From a virus (lineage: Duplodnaviria > Heunggongvirae > Uroviricota > Caudoviricetes): DNA of 16,486 nt. Within the stretch, counting starts at the first letter, position 1, and every line of letters begins with the position of its first letter. Positions 7,317-15,810 of the stretch are shown here, in pieces. A program made the position numbers and the translations under genes. The stretch is from IMG/VR virus record IMGVR_UViG_2740892258_000006; one strand, given 5' to 3'. Under the pieces are notes generated by a model, which made no database searches, was not told the DNA's origin, and saw only the letters and a program-made list of their open reading frames with translations.

Positions 7317-7980
7317 TGCCATTCAGGCAACAAAAGCGGCTGCGGCAGTCCGTAAAATCACGATTGAAGCAAACCAGACCGCTGATTTTGAAGACAATGA
7401 CTTCAGCGGCAAACGCTCCCTGATGGAGTCTGTCGAAGCGAAGACCAAAGATATTATGCCAGTGGCATTTGAATTTAAATGCGTTCCGTTTGAAGGCCTG
7501 AAAGAACGTCCGTTTAAATTACGCCTCAGCATTATCACTGGCGATCGTCCTGTACTGGTTCTGCGCATTATTCAGCTGGAAGCAGTGCAGGAAGAAATGG
7601 CTAACGAATTTCGTGATCTGCTTGTTGAGAAATTCAAGGACAGCAAAGTAGAAACCTTTATTGGTACTTTTACCGCCTGATTTCATTACTGCAAATGCCC
7701 CTGCGGGGGCATTTATGGAAACGTAATTGACTCAATAATCGCCGGATGGTGAGGGCTTTCTTTTACCAGAATTCAGCGCGGTGCAGCGCATATACGTGGA
7801 GAACAAAATGTCATTTATTAAAACTTTTTCCGGGAAGCATTTTTATTATGACAGGATAAATAAAGACGACATCGTTATTAACGATATCGCGGTTTCTCTT
7901 TCAAATATCTGTCGCTTTGCAGGACATCTTTCACATTTCTACAGCGTCGCCCAACATGCGGTGCTTTGCAGCCAACTGGT

Positions 7981-8092
7981 ACCGCAGGAATTTGCTTTTG
8001 AAGCGTTAATGCATGATGCAACAGAAGCGTATTGCCACCGCAGGAATTTGCTTTTGAAGCGTTAATGCATGATGCAACAGAAGCGTATTGCC
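7981..8092. repeat. Perfect tandem duplication, 2 x 56 bp (7981-8036 = 8037-8092)
   Basis: Identical copies read directly from sequence. Confidence 0.95.
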
Positions 8093-8222
8093 AGGACATC
8101 CCCGCGCCGCTGAAACGCCTTCTTCCTGACTATAAACGGATGGAAGAAAAAATAGACGCCGTAATCCGTGAGAAATACGGGTTACCCCCGGTTATGAGTA
8201 CGCCCGTGAAATATGCCGATCT

Positions 8223-8334
8223 CATCATGCTGGCAACCGAACGCCGCGATCTCGGGCTTGATGATGGCTCTTTCTGGCCATCATGCTGGCAACCGAACGC
8301 CGCGATCTCGGGCTTGATGATGGCTCTTTCTGGC
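8223..8334. repeat. Perfect tandem duplication, 2 x 56 bp (8223-8278 = 8279-8334)
   Basis: Identical copies read directly from sequence. Confidence 0.95.
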
Positions 8335-8552
8335 CCGTACTGGAAGGTATCCCGGCAACAGAGATGTTCAAAGTTATTCCACTGTCGCCAGGCCATACCT
8401 ATGGGATGTTTATGGAACGCTTTAAAGAGTTAACTGAGTCGTAAAAATCAGCACGTACGAATTCAAACTCTGCCATAAAAGAACATATAAGTAATTTATT
8501 AACATATAGATATAGGTTATATTACAAATTGAAAAATTATTGGAGAGCAACA

Positions 8553-9419
8553 ATGAATCAAAATCCATTCTCATTCTATGACTTTCTTGGATATTTAATA
8601 CCAGGTGGTTTTTTTATCCTATTAATGTATTTCTGTGGTTTGACATTCGATCTAGATATTGTTATTGACTTAAGTGAATTGCTCAGAGGTCAAAGTCAAA
8701 TCTTTGGCATTTTGAACTACGCTTCAATAGTTATTATATCTTATATAGCTGGACATTTTATTTCTATCACGTCAGCATTTTTTATCGAAAAATACATGAA
8801 TAAAGAATTAGGATATCCTTCCAAATATCTATTTAAAAAATTGATAGATACCTCAGAAAGCATTTGTAGCCCATCATGCGATGAGAGAAGCGCTGATAAA
8901 AAAACAAAAATAAAGAATCGCATAATCAAATGCGTATTATGTCCAATAATACTATGGGATTTTATAACACAAAAACTATGTTATTCTCAATCTCTACCAT
9001 TTCATTTAGCTAATACAACATGGTTAATGATCAAAGAAGGTTATGAGAAAAAGTTCATAACAAATCGCCAATTATTACAAGATAAAAACGGACTTGATGA
9101 TGATCTCTTCAGATTGGCATATCATTATGTTTATGAGTTTTCAAAACAACATCAAACAAAAATTCAAAACTATGTTGCATTATATGGTTTTTGCAGAAAC
9201 ATATGTTTAATCTTTATAATTTCATTTTGGGTATCAGTTCCAACCTTTATTTATCGATTATGTACTCATAGTGATTATCTTTATAGTTTACTTTCAATAA
9301 TGCTTAGCTTTTTCTTCGTCTATGTTTTCTATGTTGGTTTTGTTAAATTTTATAGAAGATATACTTTAGAAGTATTAATGGCATTTGCTGTACTTCAAAG
9401 TAACGACACTATTCGTTAA
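8553..9419 (+). CDS. AT-rich multi-pass membrane protein (4-5 predicted TM helices), moron of unknown function
   Basis: ATG 8553 with GGAGA 7 nt upstream; hydrophobic segments FLGYLIPGGFFILLMYF, IFGILNYASIVIISYIAGHFI, ICLIFIISFWVSVPTFIY, LLSIMLSFFFVYVFYVGFV; strongly AT-rich versus neighbours. Confidence 0.6.
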   Translation: MNQNPFSFYDFLGYLIPGGFFILLMYFCGLTFDLDIVIDLSELLRGQSQIFGILNYASIVIISYIAGHFISITSAFFIEKYMNKELGYPSKYLFKKLIDTSESICSPSCDERSADKKTKIKNRIIKCVLCPIILWDFITQKLCYSQSLPFHLANTTWLMIKEGYEKKFITNRQLLQDKNGLDDDLFRLAYHYVYEFSKQHQTKIQNYVALYGFCRNICLIFIISFWVSVPTFIYRLCTHSDYLYSLLSIMLSFFFVYVFYVGFVKFYRRYTLEVLMAFAVLQSNDTIR

Positions 9420-9460
9420 TAATGTTGCTCCCGTGTGCAGACGGGATAATGGAGAAACGT

Positions 9461-9667
9461 ATGCTGAACCTCGATTGTGTTCCTATCTCAACTTATTGCA
9501 AAGAAACTGGCGAAACTCCTGAAGCAATAAACAAACGTGTACAGCGCGGTGTTTGGCGTGAAGGTGTTCAGGTTTTAAAGGTTGAAGGCGTTAAGGAGAG
9601 GTGGATTGATCTTAGTGAGGTTGCAAAATGGGCCAGACAAAACTGCTCAAACTACCGCGCGGCGTAA
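9461..9667 (+). CDS. xis: Excisionase-like protein (Xis)
   Basis: Small basic protein directly upstream of and overlapping int; start at ATG 9461 (GGAG 6 nt upstream) within ORF 9422..9667. Confidence 0.6.
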   Translation: MLNLDCVPISTYCKETGETPEAINKRVQRGVWREGVQVLKVEGVKERWIDLSEVAKWARQNCSNYRAA

Positions 9668-10800
9668 CAATCAGGAAACACCACCAGGGAGAAACGATCA
9701 ATATAACTTTCACCTACAAAGGAGTTAGATGTCGTGAGCCGCTTTCCAATCTGGAAGTAACACCAAAGAACATTAAATACGCCGAGCGTACACTCGGCGA
9801 AATCCATAATAAGATCGAAAGGGGAACATTCATTTATGCAGAATATTTTCCCCGTTCTGCTCGTTTGAAAATTTTTGGTAATGCTGCTGCAAGCAAAACG
9901 GTAAAGATGTACCTGGACGAATATCTTGAAATCTGCGAAACAAGAAAACTTTCACCCTCTACGATTGGTGGCTATAAAAAATGCCGTAGTGCGTTAGCCT
10001 CACTTCACATTTGCCCTGCAAGTGAATTAACACCAGCAACCCTGAAAGCGTGGATTCAAAGCCAGAAAACAACCTTAAAAACCATTCGCAACCAGTTATC
10101 TTTCCTACGGTCAGCACTTGATGAAGCCGTGACCGATGGGGTACTTCAAATTAACCCCGTATCGTTAGTAACAGCTTCGCGCTACCAAAGTGATAAGTCA
10201 GAAGCAGAAAGCAGCTATGTGGTTGATCCGCTATCACCAGCAGAAGTTGATGCATTACTAGCAGCAGCCGGAAACAAACAATGGGAAAATCTGTTCCGGT
10301 TCGCCATACATACAGGCCTGCGTAGTTCTGAATTATGTGCCCTACGATGGCATGATATCGACTTTGTTGGAAAAACAGCCCATGTTCAGAGCGCAAGTGT
10401 TGTCGGAGTTATCAAAGGAACAAAGACAAAAGCCGGTACCCGTAAAGTTGAACTGACTGAAGAAGCAATGTTGGCGTTGATAAACCAGAAGCCATTTACA
10501 TTCATGAAGGATGCTACTGTCTTTGAAGATCCAAAGACCAATAAACCCTGGGCAAGTGCTGATGCAATTAGGAAAAAAGCATGGGTGCCAACATTGCGAA
10601 AAGCAGGTATTCGTTACAGAAACCCATATCAAACCAGGCATACATTCGCCACCAGCCATATCAGCCGGGGAGCAAACCTGTTTTGGCTTGCGGCTCAAAT
10701 GGGCCATAAAGGGCCTGAAATGTTATTCAGGCACTATGGACAATACTTGAAAGAGTATGATGGGAGGGCAAGTATCAAGGATAAAAAGGCTTTATTTTAA
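9628..10800 (+). CDS. int: Tyrosine site-specific integrase (lambda-type with N-terminal arm-binding domain)
   Basis: 390 aa; catalytic-domain signatures HTGLRSSELCALRW (Arg), RHTFATSH (His-x-x-Arg), GHKGPEMLFRHYGQY (His...Tyr). Confidence 0.9.
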   Translation: MGQTKLLKLPRGVTIRKHHQGETINITFTYKGVRCREPLSNLEVTPKNIKYAERTLGEIHNKIERGTFIYAEYFPRSARLKIFGNAAASKTVKMYLDEYLEICETRKLSPSTIGGYKKCRSALASLHICPASELTPATLKAWIQSQKTTLKTIRNQLSFLRSALDEAVTDGVLQINPVSLVTASRYQSDKSEAESSYVVDPLSPAEVDALLAAAGNKQWENLFRFAIHTGLRSSELCALRWHDIDFVGKTAHVQSASVVGVIKGTKTKAGTRKVELTEEAMLALINQKPFTFMKDATVFEDPKTNKPWASADAIRKKAWVPTLRKAGIRYRNPYQTRHTFATSHISRGANLFWLAAQMGHKGPEMLFRHYGQYLKEYDGRASIKDKKALF

Positions 10801-11409
10801 GTCATTATGCCAATCGTCTACTGTTTGAAACCAAATTTTTAACCTTTGCATAAAGGTACGATCCTTTTTGGGAGGGTGGTACCTTTGAAAAGAAGTATGT
10901 AACGCTTCGATAACTCCCATACAAGCATCAATTACTTCTTGTGCTTTAACCGGGCGATCGGCATCTGAAAGCTTGTGAGCGACCTCACAATCCAGAGTTG
11001 CTTTCTCTAGTACAGATGAGAACACCTCGTCAGGTATATACAGTCCTCTGCTTTCCAAAATGCAAATCAGTTTGGAAACTTGTTGAGCTTTAGCCAAGAT
11101 AGTTAACAAGTATGAAACAGAAGCCTTTGTTCTATCCTTTTGCAACCTTAACAATCGATGCTTTGATGCTCTAATTTTAGGTTGAGTTGTCTGACTGAGC
11201 CAATAGTTAGAAGAAATATCAGAAATTTCAATAACTAACTTTGAAATAGCATCAATAATTGATTTCGATTCAGAACGTGTCGCCAGTTTTACAGAATTAT
11301 TGTACGCAACTCGCCATCCAATGAAAACTAAGCAGACGCTAACTACTGTGATACACCACGAATACTGTCCTATTTGTGCTACTAATGACATTGGTTCCGT
11401 ACTGATCAA
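10792..11409 (-). CDS. Cargo operon gene C: membrane-anchored protein (one N-terminal TM helix, helical soluble domain), unknown function
   Basis: TTG start at 11409 with AAGAGG overlapping upstream stop (alternative ATG 11391); TM segment YSWCITVVSVCLVFIGWRVAY; 3' end overlaps int by 9 nt. Confidence 0.6.
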   Translation of the reverse strand: MISTEPMSLVAQIGQYSWCITVVSVCLVFIGWRVAYNNSVKLATRSESKSIIDAISKLVIEISDISSNYWLSQTTQPKIRASKHRLLRLQKDRTKASVSYLLTILAKAQQVSKLICILESRGLYIPDEVFSSVLEKATLDCEVAHKLSDADRPVKAQEVIDACMGVIEALHTSFQRYHPPKKDRTFMQRLKIWFQTVDDWHNDLK

Positions 11410-11419
11410 CTATCGCCTC

Positions 11420-11746
11420 TTATACTCTTTCTGGTTGTGCTAAATCAATAAATTTATCAATCTGTTCTTTGTAGAACGGAACATCACTTTTTATAATCAA
11501 ACGTGCTTTAACGTTGGCTTTAGGTATCCCTTCCTTACGGATGAGACCTCCAAACGCCTCTTCTAAGAAAGAGGAACCAACACCCAGTGCTATACCGCGA
11601 AAATCAACCACAATCTCCTGTTCAGTACCCTTCAGCGCAGGCACCAAAAACTCTCTACGAAATCTTTCCGCACTGTGTGGGCTATCCGTTGTGTAACGTC
11701 CGAAAGGTGTTCTGGAGAACTCCTTCGCTATGACGATATTTCTCAT
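11420..11746 (-). CDS. Cargo operon gene B: small STAS-like protein (DUF4325-like, tentative)
   Basis: 108 aa; AGGAG 8 nt upstream of ATG 11746; motif EIVVDFRGIALGVGSSFLEEAFGGLI resembles STAS-like DUF4325 as I recall it; 4-nt gap to gene A. Confidence 0.6.
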   Translation of the reverse strand: MRNIVIAKEFSRTPFGRYTTDSPHSAERFRREFLVPALKGTEQEIVVDFRGIALGVGSSFLEEAFGGLIRKEGIPKANVKARLIIKSDVPFYKEQIDKFIDLAQPERV

Positions 11747-11750
11747 AAAA

Positions 11751-12662
11751 TCATCTCCTGGGAACCAGCGACCATTGTAGTAAAGTACCCGGTATGTACT
11801 CAGCTAGCTTCTCACATCGAGGACTACTGTCATTAGAATTATAGCTATAACGAGCCCTTCCTGTTAGTATCAGAAGTGTCTCATTATCCTCACAACCTGC
11901 CCCAATAGGTCTCTTGATATCTTCAGAGCCATTTCCCCGTCCGGAACCAACAAAGCGGGATTCCCCTACTAACATAGCTCTTTCCACAGAAGATACTTCG
12001 TTTTGAATGCTATGACCATCACCATTAGGCACGAAACTTCTATAAATCCCCAATCCAAGGTCACAAACGATAAAAACGACTTTATTTTCATCACGATTGA
12101 ACCAAGCGCACTGCCACCATCGTTTACCTTTGAGAAGCTGAATATCTGACTCGAACCCCTCATCTTCATACGCATGATGAGAAACATTGAGCAAAGCTTC
12201 ACTAATCGCTGTCAGCAGTAAGCCTAACTGTTCATTATTAAGCAGAGCACTTTTCTGCAGCATGAGTACTGTTTCAACAATATGCTCGTAAGGTTCGACA
12301 GCTGACTGAAAGTATCGTTCCTCCCTCGTAAGTGCATTCAGTTTCTCTTCTGTGCCAGCAAGCAAAGCACGAGCAAGTCCAGTACCAACGATCCATCTAT
12401 GCCCAGATGGGTTATCATCCTTTTTAGGCCATTTAAAACGTATAAAATTAGGGTCCCGGGTTAAAAATTGAGCTCTATTTACTATGGCAAAGAACAGTAC
12501 CGATGCCGCAGCTGAGGCAAATTTTACCTTGGACAAATCAACTATAACTCGACCTTTATTTTTTACTCCAATCGATTCAATCGAGTTGATGAAGTTCAAT
12601 GTCCCAGCCCTAGAATCATCTGAGTAAATGCAAAATTTGCTTGGGGGTACCAGTATGGTCAT
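11751..12662 (-). CDS. Cargo operon gene A: GHKL (histidine-kinase-like) ATPase with unassigned N-terminal domain
   Basis: 303 aa; Bergerat-fold motifs in the C-terminal half: N-box EALLNVSHHA, G1 CDLGLGI, G2 GSGRGNG. Confidence 0.65.
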   Translation of the reverse strand: MTILVPPSKFCIYSDDSRAGTLNFINSIESIGVKNKGRVIVDLSKVKFASAAASVLFFAIVNRAQFLTRDPNFIRFKWPKKDDNPSGHRWIVGTGLARALLAGTEEKLNALTREERYFQSAVEPYEHIVETVLMLQKSALLNNEQLGLLLTAISEALLNVSHHAYEDEGFESDIQLLKGKRWWQCAWFNRDENKVVFIVCDLGLGIYRSFVPNGDGHSIQNEVSSVERAMLVGESRFVGSGRGNGSEDIKRPIGAGCEDNETLLILTGRARYSYNSNDSSPRCEKLAEYIPGTLLQWSLVPRR

Positions 12663-12813
12663 AGCGATGTCATTCTTATACGATGGATTTATAGATTATC
12701 TACTATTCATAGTTGGTTATGAAGACTGGGATATAACAGTAAAAGATACGTGTAAGATCCGCAAGATAGTTAATGTCGAAAAAATCATTAATTACATCAA
12801 GTTAGTGATATTT

Positions 12814-12851
12814 GGACTCGGGTTCAACTCCCGCCAGCCAATCATGATTGG
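12814..12851 (+). other. Candidate att remnant: 25-nt match to the 3' end of tmRNA/ssrA (GGACtCGGGTTCAACTCCCGCCAGC) followed by perfect palindrome CCAATCATGATTGG (12838-12851)
   Basis: Recalled E. coli ssrA 3' end is ...GGACGCGGGTTCAACTCCCGCCAGCTCCACCA; one mismatch here and divergence after CAGC. Confidence 0.55.
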
Positions 12852-12970
12852 ACGGTGTAAGGACTACACCAACAAAAACAGGAAGTTATAAGTCTCAGCA
12901 GGACACCGACCAGACGGTGAGGAGACAAAAAAGGATACGCAACGGAGTCGCGACTCCCTATGACATTAAA

Positions 12971-12993
12971 GCCCGCTGATGCGGGCTTTTTTA
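12971..12993 (+). terminator. Rho-independent terminator (gcccgc-tgat-gcgggc + T6)
   Basis: Perfect 6-bp GC stem, 4-nt loop, T-run; lies about 130 bp downstream of the ssrA-like fragment. Confidence 0.65.
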
Positions 12994-13299
12994 TTGGTCC
13001 TGACCCGCCCTGAATAGAATTCATCCAATTACAGTCCAGACATATACAGTATCCCTCAGCTCAGTATCAGCTTCTCGACAAATGGTCACTGTTATTTACC
13101 CGTTGCCAGAAAGAGAATAATTTGCCCCCATAGCCAGCCTTCCCGGAATCTGTATATTCATTAATATTGTTATCGATTCCATCAAGTAACATAGGTTGGA
13201 TGCGATTGATCTTACTCACATTAGTCGACACGGAACTCAGTAAGTTGAACTCTGAAAAAGCAGTTTAAATAGCATTTAAACAAATGCCACCAGTTCGAA

Positions 13300-14500
<1,201 letters not shown>

Positions 14501-14519
14501 GCGCAAAGGAATTGAGCGG

Positions 14520-15788
14520 ATGTATGATTTTTTGATTATTGGCGGCGGCATCATCGGCATGTCGACCGCCATGCAACTAATTGATGTTTATCCGGATGCC
14601 CGCATAGCGTTGCTGGAAAAAGAGCCCGGCCCGGCCTGTCACCAGACGGGCCACAACAGTGGCGTAATCCATGCCGGGGTCTATTACACGCCCGGCAGCC
14701 TGAAGGCGCAGTTTTGCCTGGCAGGAAACCGCGCCACCAAAGCCTTTTGCGATCAAAACGGTATTCGCTACGACAACTGCGGCAAGATGCTGGTCGCCAC
14801 GTCTGAACTCGAAATGGAACGGATGCGCGCCTTATGGGAACGCACGGCGGCGAACGGAATCGATCGCGAGTGGTTAAACGCCGAAGAGCTGCGCGAGCGC
14901 GAACCAAATATCACCGGGCTGGGCGGTATTTTTGTGCCGTCCAGCGGCATTGTCAGCTACCGCGAAGTGACGGCGGCAATGGCAAAAATTTTTCAGGCCA
15001 GAGGCGGTGAGATTATCTATAACGCCGAAGTCAGCGCCCTCAGTGAGCATAAAAACGGCGTGGTGATATGTACCCGTCAGGGCGGTGAATATGAAGCATC
15101 GACGCTGATTAGCTGTTCCGGGCTGATGGCTGACCGGCTGGTGAAAATGCTCGGCCTCGAACCGGGCTTTATTATCTGCCCGTTCCGCGGCGAGTATTTC
15201 CGCCTTGCGCCGGAGCATAACCAGATTGTTAACCACCTGATTTACCCCATTCCCGACCCGGCAATGCCGTTTTTGGGCGTGCATCTCACCCGCATGATCG
15301 ACGGCAGTGTGACCGTCGGGCCAAACGCGGTGCTGGCTTTCAAACGCGAAGGCTATCGTAAGCGCGACTTCTCATTTAGCGACACGCTGGAAATTTTGGG
15401 CTCGTCGGGGATTCGCCGGGTGCTGCAAAACCATCTACGCTCAGGACTGGGCGAGATGAAAAACTCGCTGTGCAAAAGCGGCTATCTGCGGCTGGTGCAA
15501 AAGTATTGTCCCCGGCTTTCGTTAAGCGATCTCCAGCCCTGGCCCGCCGGTGTGCGGGCGCAGGCGGTATCGCCGGACGGCAAGCTGATTGACGATTTTC
15601 TGTTTGTCACCACCCCGCGCACGATCCACACCTGTAATGCGCCCTCCCCGGCAGCGACATCAGCAATTCCTATTGGTGCGCATATTGTCAGCAAGGTACA
15701 AACGCTGTTGGCAAGCCAGAGTAACCCCGGACGCACGCTGCGAGCGGCACGTAGTGTGGATGCCTTACACGCCGCATTTAATCAATAA
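14520..15788 (+). CDS. lhgO: L-2-hydroxyglutarate dehydrogenase/oxidase LhgO (FAD-dependent)
   Basis: 422 aa from ATG 14520 (AAGGA upstream); FAD-binding LIIGGGIIG motif; ORF track extends upstream to 14454 overlapping csiD. Confidence 0.9.
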   Translation: MYDFLIIGGGIIGMSTAMQLIDVYPDARIALLEKEPGPACHQTGHNSGVIHAGVYYTPGSLKAQFCLAGNRATKAFCDQNGIRYDNCGKMLVATSELEMERMRALWERTAANGIDREWLNAEELREREPNITGLGGIFVPSSGIVSYREVTAAMAKIFQARGGEIIYNAEVSALSEHKNGVVICTRQGGEYEASTLISCSGLMADRLVKMLGLEPGFIICPFRGEYFRLAPEHNQIVNHLIYPIPDPAMPFLGVHLTRMIDGSVTVGPNAVLAFKREGYRKRDFSFSDTLEILGSSGIRRVLQNHLRSGLGEMKNSLCKSGYLRLVQKYCPRLSLSDLQPWPAGVRAQAVSPDGKLIDDFLFVTTPRTIHTCNAPSPAATSAIPIGAHIVSKVQTLLASQSNPGRTLRAARSVDALHAAFNQ

Positions 15789-15810
15789 CCTTTGAAAACA
15801 GGATGTAGCG

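Larger units (their letters stand above)
6843..7680 (+). pseudogene. yfdQ: YfdQ-like (DUF2303) prophage protein, frame broken by two 56-bp tandem duplications; 5' end uncertain
   Basis: ORFs 6843..7139, 7061..7423 and 7294..7680 join into one frame after removing one copy at each duplication; in-frame TAG at 6765 and no ATG before GTG 6843. Confidence 0.5.
7808..8444 (+). pseudogene. yfdR: YfdR-like HD-domain phosphohydrolase (5'-deoxynucleotidase family), frame broken by two 56-bp tandem duplications
   Basis: ATG 7808 with GGAG 7 nt upstream; H...HD motif (HAVLCSQ...ALMHDATEAY); after removing both duplications the frame runs 174 codons to TAA 8442-8444. Confidence 0.6.
1..12851. mobile_element. 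Lambdoid prophage, right portion (late-regulatory/nin-like region, immunity region, morons, xis-int, cargo operon, att remnant); left boundary outside window
   Basis: Ordered phage modules Q-DUF968-KilA-RusA-LexA DBD-Dam-CII-cro / cI-xis-int; ssrA 3'-end-like att remnant at 12814-12838; intact host genes begin at 13523. Confidence 0.8.

Noticed and set aside
1560-8334. Possibility that the repeated blocks form a CRISPR array or minisatellite
   Set aside because: Each site has only two directly abutting identical copies, with no spacers, no shared repeat sequence between sites and no cas genes.
12781-12860. Complete tRNA or tmRNA gene at the T-arm-like motif
   Set aside because: Only about 25 nt match the tmRNA 3' end; no acceptor 5' strand, D-arm or CCA end can be folded from the AT-rich upstream sequence, so it is a fragment (att remnant), not a gene.
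12628-12891. 87-aa plus-strand ORF
   Set aside because: It lies in the AT-rich promoter/att region of the cargo operon, has no RBS and low-complexity hydrophobic translation; likely spurious.
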